Assembly (NCBI GenBank): GCA_905178155.1
Contig: CAJINV010000001.1
Span: 6,951,794-7,015,793 of the forward strand
Length of the DNA: 64,000 bases
Source of the DNA: Amoebophrya sp. A120
Taxonomy: Eukaryota > Protista > Dinoflagellata
Direction: 5' to 3'
Made by a program: the position numbers and the translations under genes
The notes under the pieces: model-generated
What the model was told of the DNA's origin: nothing
What the model saw: only the letters and a program-made list of their open reading frames with translations
The model's database searches: none
In this document: one piece after another, positions 27,276-39,933 of the stretch
Numbering within the stretch: position 1 is the stretch's first letter
How the letters are laid out: each line of letters begins with the position of its first letter

Positions 27276-29189
27276 TCATTTTTCCACCTTTCCTTCCTCC
27301 TTCTCTTCTTCGAGCATCCCACAGAGGAATTTCTCGCTGTTCTCCGGCAGACTCCTCCACTTCTGCAACGCGTCCGCGCAGGCCTGGTCGGTCATTACCC
27401 GGGCCGCGCCTCCCTCCGCGTGCGCGCCCTCGGCCGCGGCGGTCATCATGTCCTTCATGACGTTGTCGAAGCCCGGCATTACTTGGCGGAGCATCGCCAT
27501 AGGGTCCTGCATAAATTGTTGGAACTCCGCGTTCGCCGGGGCCCCATCTCCTGCCATCTCCGCCATCTGCGGCATCAAACTCCCCAATATGGATTGGCGA
27601 CCTCCTTCCCCGCTACCGGCGAACATGCTGCCCATCACATCGCCGCACATCTGCGAGCACCGTGCCTTCGCATCCTCCCCAAGCTCCGCACACATCAGTT
27701 CATACAAATCCTGGCTCTTGTGCTTCTTGCGCAACGGACTGGTCGGGTGGTCTTCTTCGCTGGCTGCGGTTCCTTCGCGCGCGGTCAGGTACTGGTGCAC
27801 CGCTGTGTGGCATTCGTTCGCGAGGGGGGACGAATAGTCGGCGGGCACCACCAGACCCTGAACACCCTCAGTAGCCATGGCTTTGTGAGTGAGCAAGACG
27901 TGCCGCTGATATGCGAGCATCGCCAGGCCGCTCGCAATGACCTTCGTAAACCGTTCCTCTGGCACACGCGGCTCCACTTGCGATGCCGCTGTACTGCCAG
28001 TGCCAGTAGATGGAGCTCGTTCTGCACCGCTGGCCGCGCTTCCGCTTGCAGACGACGGGGTCGAGCAGATGCTTTTGGCATAGAAGCCCAGGACTGTGAT
28101 GAGCGCGAGCCGCGTCGTTTCTCGCTCCTTCACCTGCAATCGGGTGAACGCCATCACATTCGGTTTGGGCGCTTCCGCTTCGTCAGTTGTAAAGGGAAAA
28201 TTTGCAACGGCGCGCAAACCTGCAACAGAGTTGTACCCAATACAAACTACAACACGATGGCGGAACAGCTGCTATCCCAGATGCCTCTGGTCTAGTTTTG
28301 TAGTCCCTCTACCGTGCTACTCGGTTCCTAATGTCTCTGTGCTTGAGCTTGAGTCAAGGGCCCTGGGAGGTGTGTATATGTTCACCATCCTGTCTCAGTG
28401 TCCATCTAGGTCGTGTAGACATCCACCACGCTGCTACACCACTAAGGGTCTCTATATGTTTTCGTGTCATTAGGGTCCTATCTAGATCTTTGGACTTGCT
28501 TCTATCGGAGTGAATCATCATGTTTGTCTTGGTACTCTGTGAGGCTGCAGGTGCATTACGAAGGTATTCGGCATACCAGTCGAAACCGTAAGATCGAAGT
28601 CGCACACCAGTGGAGTGTCAGATTCCGCACCTAGCCGGAATTTCGTCGCGTTTGCCATGACCTGTTCGGTGATAGGGTAAGAAAGTAAGTTCGACGCACG
28701 CTGATTCCAAGAAAACATTTTCGCGCCCGTTGTCCGGTCCCCCCTCGGACGAAGACGAACGCCGCATACGGTAATCGTTATATTCAGGAACTTGAAATCT
28801 TCAAATGATGCATTTACATCAACATGGTACTGGTAATCCTAATAGCACTGTATGTTGGAAGTACATGCAGTTACCTGATTCTCTAGCAGGCCCCCGACAG
28901 TTTGCTTTGAGACAAGTTGTATCTGTCCCGGCTTCAAATTGCTCAACTGGCCAAGCTCACCGCGGTACTTCGTCTGGAACGCGTGGGCAATGCGTCCTTT
29001 GAGCAACGCAGCCGTCTCGCCATCCACACTCTTGAGTTCCACCTGCTTGGATCCGTCCAGCGCCGTACGAACGCGCATCTGGTCGCATCGAACCTCGGCG
29101 TACTCCACTGCCACATCGTTATGCGCGTCCTCACCGAGCATGCGTTCGCGGTTCAACATGTTCGCTGCGTCCGCGACCTGGTATATCAT
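27276..29189 (-). CDS. Hypothetical protein, probably 3 exons (about 29189-28875, 28790-28570, 28219-27276)
   Basis: ORFs 28839..29189, 28518..28718 and 27276..28217 link through phase-compatible GT-AG sites (ENQ|FLNIT; VSTG|LRAVANF). Met/Gln-rich C-terminal part; no recognised domain. Confidence 0.6.
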
Positions 29190-29408
29190 ATATTTTCCTT
29201 TGTTTGATCAGAAAAAGAATCGGGCGGAAAAATCGAATGGCTAAAGAAGTCATGTAGGGCAGCAGGACAATGCGTTGGTTCTTTCATGTACTTACTAGTA
29301 GAGGAGACGTTCTCCCTTTCTGAGCACACAGGACAAAATTCGAAAAAACGAAAAGCCCGGTCATCGAGAACCAGAACCCCTGACTTCTTGTCGTTCCAAA
29401 TGAAAAAC

Positions 29409-30719
29409 TCAAACCTGAAGCGCCTCGACGCCGGGTAGGCGCGAGACTTCGTGACGCCACACAACAAGTGCCTCGAGTCCGACGACTGCGCTCATGGCGG
29501 TTTTCGCGGACTTGACTGCGGCCGTGATCGCTTCCAGGCGTTGGTCCAGCTCCAGGATGCTTTCCAGCGACGCCCCGTCTTCTGCCATGTTCGTCCCCAG
29601 TCCGCCGGCGACAGTTGACACGATGTTGGCCAGACCGGCGTCGGACGTGCCACCCAGGAGGTTCCCAAGGGGATCGCCGCCCCCGACGCGGTCCCGGATG
29701 TAATCACGCTGGGCACGGCTGGCAGCGTACGGGCCATCCGTGAGCGGGCTGGAGCGCATGATGTCCCGCAGGCCCCTGCCTGTTTGGGCATCCACGCCTC
29801 GGTGCCCCAAAACCCCGCCCTGGAGGTCGCGCACGCAGCCGGCGGTTTCTTTGACGTCCAGGATGCGCATGTTCTCCGCACTGCACCGCTCTTGCATCAT
29901 CGCGCGAAACACATTCGGTCTTTCCATGGTGCCTTGGGCGGAAGGAGACGACCCGGCGGCCGAACCCGATGCGGTAGCGTCTGCTCCGGCGGATGCGCTA
30001 CCTTGCGCTGCCGCGCTGGCAGGGTCATTTCCCTCAAGCAATGCAAGAATGGTGGCTAAGTCAGGTACGTCTTCTTGTCCTTTGCCTTGTCCCTTGCCAC
30101 CAAGACCGGCGAACATGGCAGGCATCTCTGGCACGCCGCCTTTCCCTTTGCCACCAGCTCCGGCGAGTAAAGCATTCACATCTGGCATGCCGCCTTTGCC
30201 ACCAGCTCCAGCTCCGGCGAGTAAAGCGTTCATATCTGGCATGCCGCCTTTGCCACCAGCTCCAGCTCCGGCGAGTAAAGCGTTCATATCTGGCATGCCG
30301 CCTTTGCCACCAGCTCCAGCTCCGGCGAGTAAAGCGTTCATATCTGGCATGCCGCCTTTGCCACCAGCTCCAGCTCCGGCGAGTAAAGCGTTCATATCTG
30401 GCATGCCGCCTTTGCCACCAGCTCCGGCAAGTAAAGCGCCCATATCTGGCATGCCGCCCTTTCCGCCGGCTCCCGCAAGCAATGCACCCAAGTCGGGCAT
30501 GCCACCCTTGCCCCCACCAAGAAGCGCACCAATATCCGGCACACCGCCCTTGCCTCCAGCATTTCCTCCGCCTAAAAGCGCTGCAAGGTCCGCATTTCCG
30601 CCCTGTGGTGCGAGAAACCCACCTTGATATCCTTTTCCGGGGGATCCTTTGCCAGGGTTGTCACTCCCTCGCGCCACTGCGACTAGAGTCGCAAACACGC
30701 TCGAGATCTTGCAAAGCAT
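29409..30719 (-). CDS. Hypothetical secreted Gly-rich repeat protein (GGKGGMPDMNALLAGAGA repeats)
   Basis: ATG at 30719 gives signal-peptide-like MLCKISSVFATLVAVARG; in-frame 18-aa repeats. Confidence 0.7.
   Translation of the reverse strand: MLCKISSVFATLVAVARGSDNPGKGSPGKGYQGGFLAPQGGNADLAALLGGGNAGGKGGVPDIGALLGGGKGGMPDLGALLAGAGGKGGMPDMGALLAGAGGKGGMPDMNALLAGAGAGGKGGMPDMNALLAGAGAGGKGGMPDMNALLAGAGAGGKGGMPDMNALLAGAGAGGKGGMPDVNALLAGAGGKGKGGVPEMPAMFAGLGGKGQGKGQEDVPDLATILALLEGNDPASAAAQGSASAGADATASGSAAGSSPSAQGTMERPNVFRAMMQERCSAENMRILDVKETAGCVRDLQGGVLGHRGVDAQTGRGLRDIMRSSPLTDGPYAASRAQRDYIRDRVGGGDPLGNLLGGTSDAGLANIVSTVAGGLGTNMAEDGASLESILELDQRLEAITAAVKSAKTAMSAVVGLEALVVWRHEVSRLPGVEALQV
30127..30560. repeat. 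Coding tandem repeat, 54-bp unit; four identical copies at 30181-30396 plus degenerate flanking copies
   Basis: Unit tctggcatgccgcctttgccaccagctccagctccggcgagtaaagcgttcata starts at 30181, 30235, 30289 and 30343. Confidence 0.93.
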
Positions 30720-31451
30720 CTTTTCTCGTGCTGACCTCCGATAGAAAAAACAGGAAAAATGATCTATTCGAACTACGCAGAACTCAACCAACGCCCTCAC
30801 TGTCAATAGGAAACAAAATGATACTACTTCAATAGCGGTCGCGCCAGTTCGTTGCCCGACCTATTCGGAATTGATCTAAGAACCCTGCGCCTGCAGCTTC
30901 AATCAACATGTACACAATCACCACCCATATCAGAAAGTAAAAGAATAAACTCACATCGTCGAAGCGAAGTAAATGCCACACCAGATCATCAGAGGATCTA
31001 TCGCACATAGTAAACTTTCTTCGGTCAGCGCGCTACAGCTAGCAGCCGCTGCGTCAAGCATCTTGATCTTCTTCGATGGTCTGATCATTCGGCAGTGCTC
31101 GAGCTCTGGTCTTGCTTGCTGTGAAAAAATTGATCCTGATAGACATATGAGTCTACTACCAACCTTAGTTAAGTCTACCTCGTCGTCACCAAATTTCGAT
31201 CCAGAAAAACACGCCCGCGCTAAGTTCTCCAGTTCCTTTCAGTGCTGTAATTGTAAAAGTTGCGCATGCGCTCTTGATGTCATTATGTATTCCAGGATTC
31301 ACCAGCCTGGGCGTTGTTCTCAAGCTGGTTGCATTGTTCTCCTCCTGTATATTTTATCGAAGGACCATGAGCCTGAATGTTACGGGATGCAGTCATGTTC
31401 CTGTAGACACGAAGAGCACTTGTACTCGAAGTATCCAACATTTCCCAGATC

Positions 31452-34400
31452 CTACTGCAGCCTCATCCGCGTTGTGTTCGTCCTTGGGTCAAATTCGTAA
31501 TGGAGATTTTGCGGAGTGAAGGACGGACTCGCAACGGCGTCCCGGGCCCGTACCGACGACAAATGTTGGCGTAGCCTCGAAGCAGTCTTCCCCCGTCTAC
31601 TTGCAACGGGGTACACTTCCGTCATCTCGCATCCTCTGCTGCTGATTTCGTAGATCACCGCTGCAGGCGTTATGTTCTCCGCTTCTGTTGTCGTGACTTT
31701 TGCATTGGCCTTCCTCTCGTCGCCTTCGGTTGGCAGCAACGGCAGACCAGCCGGCGGCTCTACTTCGCTGTAGTTCTCTTCCACGACCTCGCGCGAGGAT
31801 GTCCCCGCTTTTTTCTCCCGCCGGATTTTTCTGCGAATGTCGCGCACGGACTGCTCCCAGAACCAGTCTTCCGGACTTGCCTCGTAGTAGTTTTCGTTCG
31901 CGTACACGGCCATGTTGAACCGCGTTTCTTCGCGTTCCGCCTGGCTGACAAACCGCCACTCCTCGCCAACCGCGTTGGGGTTGATCGGGTCCCGGCTGTG
32001 CACGTAGGACGGCGGCGCGGCAACTTTTCGCCGGTACGCGTGCGTCTTCTTTTCCGCCTCCCGTTTGCGAATGGCGCGCAACGCCGCCTGCAGACCAGGC
32101 GTGCGACCGTTGACGGGGCGCGCGGCGGGGTGTTCCGTGTCCACGGTGCACCAGTTCTCCAGCAAGTCCGCCTCGTCGGCAAAAACCCGTCGCTTTCTCA
32201 GCTTGCGCTCTTCCTTCTCCTTCAGCTTCGCCTCGCTCCGGGCTTTCGCTTTGCGGGCGTGCTCCAGTTGCAACCGCTGTTCCCAGAACACATCCCACCC
32301 GGTTTTGAACAGCATCTTGCGCCGGTTTCGCTTTCGCTTGTACACCCGGAACCGCTTGTTTTTGTTACGCCAGAGGAAGTCCAGGTCGCGCCGGTGCCGC
32401 CACCTGCAAAATAATAATCGGAAATTTTGTGGGTTTTGTTTCATATTAGCGGTAGATTGTATTTCAGATGGGATTTCGTGCAAAAAGAAAAACTGCTGCG
32501 AAAAAATGATGTCTCAAAACCTTTTTTCAGCCGCGTACAAGAACCTCTCATGAGCAAAACGAACTTCGCAATCAAGTACCTCAATTCCGGACCCCACGCG
32601 GACGGGCGGTCGTCCTCTGAAGACAAGTTTTCTGCGCAGCTGATATCCTCGGGCGTGAACCCTGGTTTGGCGGCAGCCCTCCTCGGATAGTACTGTCTTT
32701 GGAACTTTTCTTCGTACTTCCTTCGTCGGGCCGCGTACTTCTGCTCTGTGGCGGATTTTAGAATCGAACGAGGCCTGTTGATATCTACCCGCGTCGGTTT
32801 TGCCTTTTCTGCAACTTCTCGGTGTTGCGCTACTGGCGGACTGGGACTTCTTGCTCCTCCCATTTCTCCGTCTGCGTGGCGCTGCTGGCCCAGTTGCTGC
32901 AAGTCCGGTTTCTCAACCCCGCTGTCGTCCTTCACAGGAGCGATCTGTTTCGGCACTGAGGGAAACGCGGACTCGGAAAACACGAGCGGAGCGGGAGCAC
33001 GAGCACGCGACGGTGGCTTCCGCATCCTTACTTTCTCCGACGCTCCAGGGTCTTTCATGTCCTCATCTGGCGGTCCAACTATAATATGTTCCGCGTCGCT
33101 CTCCTCTACTGCCGAATCTACGCTTTTCTCCTGAGCACCAGCTGCCATTTGTCTTCGTCTCTCCTTGATGCGATGGTTCATCTTCAGGTCCAACCAAACC
33201 TCGGGCGGCAGCTGCGGAACTCGCTTTTGGAGTTTCTCCACCCGCTGTCGGATTTCCTCCGATGCTGTCTCCCTCGTGACATCGTCCGTGTACTTTTCCA
33301 GTAGCGTCCAGAGGATGTCGCCGACGAATCCATGCCACTCAGTTGGTCTATTTTTAGCGTTCTTCGCATTCAGGCTTGCGGTTGCATCTTTCTTGCTGCT
33401 GCCACTGCCGCTGTCTTCTCCATCTCCTTTAGCACTAGTACTTACTTCTTTTTCTCCTCCTGTAGTGGCGACCTCCTCGTCTGACATTTTTCCGCTCTTT
33501 CCTGCTGCCTCGAGGTCTGCTCTACAACTAGCGCTTGTTTTTATTCCACCCTCTGCTTTTGCGGCGCTTGGTTGTTCGGTTTTTTCACTTTCCGTTACCT
33601 CGTCCTTCCCTCCCTCAGAAGGGTGCTCATGATCTTCCGCATCTTTTTTCTGCACGTCTGCTCGAGAGGACGAGCTACCCTTCAACACCCCCCTGTCGTC
33701 CACCACAGTAGCAACACCACGCCCTCCTTTTACCCATTCACTGCCCGGCCCCAAAAGTGGCTTCGCCCAGCTCTTCTCGGGAAATGTTTCCGCAAGCGTG
33801 TTATCCAACACATCTCCCAAGGTGCCTGTGGTCAAGAATTTCACCGGAATATCGGGATGCTTCAGCAAGGACAAGAGCGGGACCGGCGCCTCGTCTGGGT
33901 TGGGCCCGACCGCGTTGGCGGCACTGTAGTGCTGGAGGATCATGTTCCACCGCCGAATTTTGTCGGCACTTCGGTCCACCCACGCCCGCTCCCACACCGG
34001 CCCAAACTGTTCTCGAAAGAACAGACGCGGCGTTTTCTTGCTCCCGCTCTCGGTGTAGATCCGACGCATCACGGCGTCGATTCTGCGGATCACAGCGTGC
34101 ATCTGTTTCTGTTGCGGAGTCATCTTTTTCCACCGATCTTTTCTTCGCTGCTCCTTACTTTGTTTAGGCGGACGCGGGACTGCGGCCGCGTTCTTGTTAC
34201 CAAGGCTGAGCTGCTGGTTTTGCTGCTCGATCAGGCGAAAGGGACACCAGTGCAGGCGGTATCGGTTGCAGACCCGCTTGCGCGTGGCCTTCAGGTACCA
34301 CCACCGCCACCACACGTCAGCGGGAACGTACCTGTGTCGGTGTTTGTCCCAATGCTTCCACGTGCGCAGATTGAAGTACAGCGTGCCGTCGCCCGCCCAC

Positions 34401-35764
34401 GGGATGGGGTCCTTGCGATTTCTACGCTTTATCTTCTCATGATGGTATCGCGTCACGATAGAGCCGGGTAGCACGTTGCTTGGCAGACGTCTGTCCGCCC
34501 GGCGGAGGATCTGCAGCCAACGCCTGCTGCGCTTCAGAATCTTATCCTTGATTTCCTGCGACACCTTCTTTTTCCGCCGGGGGGGCTTTCTTTTCTTTTT
34601 GTGTTTGTCCCTTTTGCTCCTCTTTGACCTCCTGCCGTCGGTGAGCATATGCACCTTCTTCTTATTCTTGTCGAACGGCTTGCTCACGGGGAGCGCCGGT
34701 TGGTGATCTCTCTTTGAAGACACTTTTCCTCTCTGGTTCCGCACTGCAACTATCGTGGTGATCGGCGGCTGCTGTAGTCTCTGGGGCTGCTGTTGCTGAT
34801 GTTGTGCGCTGTAGTTTGGACTGGGAGGAAGGAGCTGGTAGTTGTTCCCAACAAAAGCCGGACTCTGTGCCACAGGTCCAGTTTGGTACGGCTGGCGCAA
34901 TTGCGAACGCGAGCTTCCAGTAGTTCCCGGAGGCACCATTGGCCCGCTGGTCTGCCTGTTGCCCCTCCGCTTTTTCGACACAGTCACCAATGTCGTCGGC
35001 ATCGCTGCGGGACGCTGCGGCGGCTGGATTTGTTGTAGTTGCGGCGTTTGTTGTTTCGCCTGACTCTTGCTGCCGCTGGGTATTGCGGGAGGGAGCATCT
35101 TTGTACGCAGCTGCTGTGCCTGCGAACCTTTGGCCGGTGGGTGCGCTAATGGCGTTGCAGGGTTCAGCTGTACCATTTCCACTTTTCCCGTTGATGGATT
35201 TTGCACCGGAATGAACAAGGGGGTACCCTGCGGAACCGCGTAGCCGTTGTGCGTTATCGCCACGGGCGGCGCGGGTGATAGTACTCCTCCTTTTCCCGGA
35301 TGTGCTCCGAACACAGGCTGTTGCGGGACTGCGGAGGATGGCGCAGGCACATGCGCAAACTGTGGTGGTGCACCCGGTGTGCCCGCCATCGGCGCATAGC
35401 GAAACGCGCCGGACCCGGGCGGAGGAAAGTTGCCCTGCTGTGGGAGTTGTCCGACATTCGGCACAAATGTAAGTGGCTGCTGCTGAAACGCGAAGCTGCT
35501 CGAGGTGGAGCCGCCTTGAATTCCTCGTGGCGGGTGGAAAGGTGCTGCTACTTGTCGCTGCCCGAAGTTCGGTTGCTGAACAAACCCGGCCGGGGATGCG
35601 GGTGCGCCACTAGGAGATGGAAGAAACGGACCCGGCGGCGGCACAGACGACGACGATGACGCCCTGCTGCGTTGCTGCGATCCTGGAGTCTGCACTTGTG
35701 CGAACTGGAACTGCTCTTCCGGGCTACCCAGTGGCCTGCCGGGTTTCTGTCGTCGCGAGGGCAT
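31452..35764 (-). CDS. Hypothetical protein (~1378 aa), Pro/Gln-rich N-terminus with basic Lys/Arg/Trp-rich segments; exons 35764-32580 and 32403-31452
   Basis: Two long ORFs join in frame across GT-AG intron 32579-32404 (GPELR|WRHRRDLDFLWR). Confidence 0.72.
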
Positions 35765-36092
35765 TGCCTAAATTTCGACCGTTTTTGAACGCTAGTTGCA
35801 CGTACCAGAGTAATTCACATTGGCGATAATTCAGCTGACCTCTCAAACTTGTAAGTACGTTGCCACAAAAATCACTGCATTTGAGATCAGCTACACAGCA
35901 ATTAGTACATCCTGCTAGAATAAGAATCGGCGCGACGCTTTCAATGAATAAGAATCCAACTCAGGTCAATGCTAGGCGTGCCAATCTCGTCTGAGTAATT
36001 CGAGGTATTTCATTGCGAGGTTCAAGATAAGCACCTGCTGGAGCGGCGCCTTGCCGGACAAACTCACACTCATCTAAGAACTCACCAATACC

Positions 36093-37750
36093 CTAGGCAA
36101 CAAAATCCGAGAGATGTCGGAGGTGGGTAGGCTTTCGCCAGTGGCGGACGTCCTCCAGGGCACCCGCGCTATCACTTAGAACGCACGAAAATCCGGACGA
36201 AATCATGGTCGCCGCAGTGCCGAATGGGCAAACGGCGCATAAATCCTGAGCATGCTGGCAGTACCTGCTCAGAAACAGAAAGCACTGGACTTCGGTGTGC
36301 GAGGCCGACTCCAAAGCCAGTGGCGCCTGTGGCTCTCCGCCGCAGCGGGCTCAGAGGGGGCCGAGTGCGCTCCCGCGCCCGGGGGCCGGCCAGTTTGGCT
36401 CCGAACAATACTGCGGGCCCGGCTTGGCCGAATCTGTAGCCAACCAACAACCCTCGCCAAACGCGGCTCGGGCTGGTCCCTTCGCCGGCGGGAAGCGTCG
36501 CGCGGCAGAAGACCGCGCGGCCTTCGCGGCACCCGCCAAACTAAACGGCTATCACCTGCGCGGCTCCGCAAGCTTGTAACAGCTCGCCGCGTCAGCGCTG
36601 AGGAGCTTGCTGGCCTCGCTTTTGTTGTTCCCGGGGAGGATGCCAAGCCAGGAGGGGCGCACGTGTGCCGTGTATACGTAGCGCCGCACGGCTTGCGTTA
36701 GCACCGGGAACCTGCTCACTTCCCTGGACCCCGCGACGTCTTGGGCCCCCTCGGCCCGAACAGTACACGAAACACCACGGGCAACGGAATGAAAAAGACA
36801 GAGCAACATCCTGAAACCGGCGCCGGCCTCCCTGCTGTTGCAATCGGCCGCCGCGGCACTCGGGGCCCCGCGGCAATTTGCCTCCGCCCGCCTCTTGTAT
36901 CGCCTCAGCCCAAACGCCTCCTGCTCTAGCGCGGCTCGCCATCGGGGTTCTCGCGAGTAGGCCCGGCAGTCTACCTCATGCGCCCAGGGATAGTCCGCGC
37001 ATTGGTTCCCGGCGGCAAGGCAACCGCCCCGCCGCATCGCGGAACTGCGGCCCGGCCCCCGGCCTGCCTGGTGCGCTTAGCCGGTTATGCGCCGGAAGGC
37101 GCTGCGCCCGCGCAGCCCCTTTGCGCGCCTCCGGCGTGTGTGGGGCGGCCGCGCCTGGCCAAACATCTGCCGGGCTTCCCCGCCCTCGATTGCTGCTTGC
37201 GAAGTGGCCCAGCCCGGATGGCCGGCGTGCCCCTTTGCATTCCCTGCGGCCGGCGTGCGCGTGTAGGTATCTCGCGCCAGCGGCGCGGCTGTCTTTCCCG
37301 CGCCAAGGCTGCCGCCCCGCGGGCCTCCGCTGGGTAGATGGCGCGGCCGCCCCGGATGCCGACCGGGCCGGGCGGAAGCGCCGCCCGGGTCGGCGAGTAG
37401 GCTCCGCGCCGCCAGCAGCGGGCCCGGGACTTCCCCGAACACTCCGGGCCACGGCGAAACCCAAGGGGGGCACGCGCCGGGGCGCGCGTCTCTGCTTCTG
37501 CGCCCCGCGATTGCGGAAAACCTTGCAGCTCCTCAAACCAGCTAGAAGCATACAACTCACACACTCCGGCTTACATTGTGTCTGTAAGCCAAGGAGAACA
37601 TCACCGGACGCACGCACATAGCTGTAGTCCTCTCGATCTTTCGGCACAACTGCGCGCTCTCTTTACCAGTCTTGCGCTACGGCTACCAAAGTCTCGTGTA
37701 GACATCGATCCTGATTTACCTCATTCCAAATTCCGCCATCATTGACATCA
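36093..37750 (-). CDS. Possible small multi-exon hypothetical gene in a very GC-rich segment
   Basis: Phase-compatible junction ...CYKLAEPRR|YCQHAQDLCAVCPFG...DFVA* (donor near 36556, acceptor near 36265); upstream exons unresolved. Confidence 0.3.
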
Positions 37751-37753
37751 ATT

Positions 37754-39517
37754 CTACATATGCATCCGCGAAAACACTTCAGCATTTTTTGCCAGTTGCT
37801 GTGCTAACCCAGCACTCAGGCCTTCATTCTCAGTCCCCCTCTCTGCAACAAGCTGCAAGAGTCGTCCCTGATCTGCGGTTCTTGTGTACTTGAGGAATTG
37901 CGAGTCCTTTCCCCCCTCCAAAACTTTTCCGTCCGGAAAAACGTGCGTGCTCGCCGCAAGAAGCAGCGTGATCTCCTCCTCAAGTGACAGCGAAGTCTTG
38001 AAGTCCTGTGTGTGCAACGCCGTCGCCACCTGCGTCATCAGCCGCTGGTGCGTTTGATCCTCGGCAGAGCCACCTGTCGTCGATCCACTACTATCCAAAG
38101 CCGACGCTAAATTCAACCGCAGGTGCCCCGCAATTTTCTGCAGTATCCGCGAACGCTGCAGGTGGCCTTGGTGGGATCCCAAACCGAACCGCGTCAAGCT
38201 CCGCCGGCAGTCAAGTCGATCTGGATGGCCCGTGGTACCGAGCCACAAGTGGCCGTCTGTCAAGCTTTGCAGCTCCTGAACCTGATTCGCTTCGTGCACT
38301 GAGCGGTTCAAAACTAGTAAGAGAGACACGCTCCCGGTACCTTCACCGCGTAAGTTTGCCGCGCGTTCGGTCACCTCCGCGAAAAACATTCGCCTGCTCT
38401 CCGGCGGCGCCTCTGCCTTCTGCGACTGCAAGGCAAAGGGCTCCATTTGCTCGTCGGATGGTGTCAGAGCAGCAGCGGCCTCAGTCTGCGCATTATCTCC
38501 GCTTGCAACGGTACCTGCGAGGTGAAATCGCGATGGAATGTCATCGATCCTGAAAATCACACGAACAGAACATTGGTTACTATCCATAGGCTAAAACCTA
38601 AGGGAATGAGGAACACAAAAGCTCCTACCTGTCATCGTTGGTGCGGTTGGGTCTAGATCGTCCTGCCACGGAGCCTCCGCTTCTGCCTGCTTTCCCACAT
38701 AGGTATGTGCAGTGTGGCTAGTTCTTGCTAATATAGCCTCTTCTTTTTCTGCACGTCGCTGCTGCCCAGAGCGCCACTCCTCTACAAAGACTCCCATATC
38801 CAAAACGCACAGAACGTCTAAGCCTTCATCTTGCGCGACTGCTTCCGCGTGCGCGAGCGCCTGCCAACACTCGTTCACAGTGACAGACTTTTCCAGTTTC
38901 GCGTCGTTTGACGTAGAGTGTTCGCAATGGAAAACATAATTTACAACTTCGTCCACCGAACCGCTGCTTGTGCATCCGTTCACCAGACCCTCGACAAACG
39001 CAGCGATGTTCGTATCTGATTCGTGCACACAAAGCATGGACCCCCCTTGTCCGAGCGGCGCTAGGGCATCTACGCTCAAAATTCCTGTGTGCAAGGTCTT
39101 CTGCAATCGGTCCCGTTGCTGCATGGTGCGTGGCGCCCGGAGCTGGGTGTAGGAAGCTCGCTGCTTAATTCGTGACGAGGATGCCGACAACTGATCGCCC
39201 GAACATCTTACCGCTGCTGAGGAAGAGGATGAGGCGGACTCAAGCGATTGTCGCTTGTCTTGCCGCCCGGCAGACGTTGCACCAAAAATTTTCGACGGCG
39301 CTGATTCATTCTTCGGGTTGGGAAGTGTTGCGTCCTGAGGTGCAGTGTCCGCAGCGTCTCCTGATATTCCTCCTACCCTTGTCCCACTCGATGGAGGTGT
39401 CTTCTCAGTCACTGGCACTGTCTCTTTCAAGGACGACACTGAAGCAGAGCAGAACGCTCTGTCTCGAAGGTGCGCGAGTCCTTGCCGGGAGAGCCGCAGT
39501 ACTGGACGGCGCAACAT
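37754..39517 (-). CDS. Divergent F1-ATP synthase alpha-subunit-like protein (~549 aa), predicted mitochondrial, no Walker A; intron 38628-38515
   Basis: Transit-peptide-like MLRRPVLRLSRQGLAHLRDRAFCS. Alpha-like blocks LHTGILSVDALAPLGQG, ERAANLRGEGTGSVSLL, LQSLTDGHLWL, LDCRRSLTRFG, LQKIAGHLRLNLA. Confidence 0.75.
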
Positions 39518-39933
39518 CTTTTTGAGGCTAGGCAAATAAATGACGTCGAACCTCTGTCTTCTCCACGAGGCCTTACTCAAAGATCAAAACGATCAAAACT
39601 TACGCAAAAAAAAACGTGACCCGGTTCAGAGAGATCTCTTTTCGTTTGTTTTCAGCTTCTCGTTGACATCAAAAAAAAACACCGCCATCGCAATTTGTTG
39701 AGTTTCAGCAATTGGTTTCCGAGCAACACAAGTGAAACAGAGAACCGGATCGCGTTGCCTCAATTTATCGAAGAACCAGGACTGTTCCAAGAAGTAGAAC
39801 ACCAGCATGGGCACGATAGAATCGTCGTCGTGTTCATTGACATCTACATGCCAGATGTGTACTTATGTTGTCATAGAAGAACCTATGTGGATTATGTGAA
39901 CATGTTTTCGCGTTGAGAAAAGCTACACAAATT

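Noticed and set aside
30973-31500. 175-aa plus-strand ORF, or extra minus-strand exons
   Set aside because: No recognisable domain and no consistent exon chain could be built; treated as UTR or intergenic.
37671-37692. Relic dinoflagellate spliced leader (ccgtagc on the minus strand)
   Set aside because: Only about 7 nt match; the CATTTTGGCTCAAG portion is absent.
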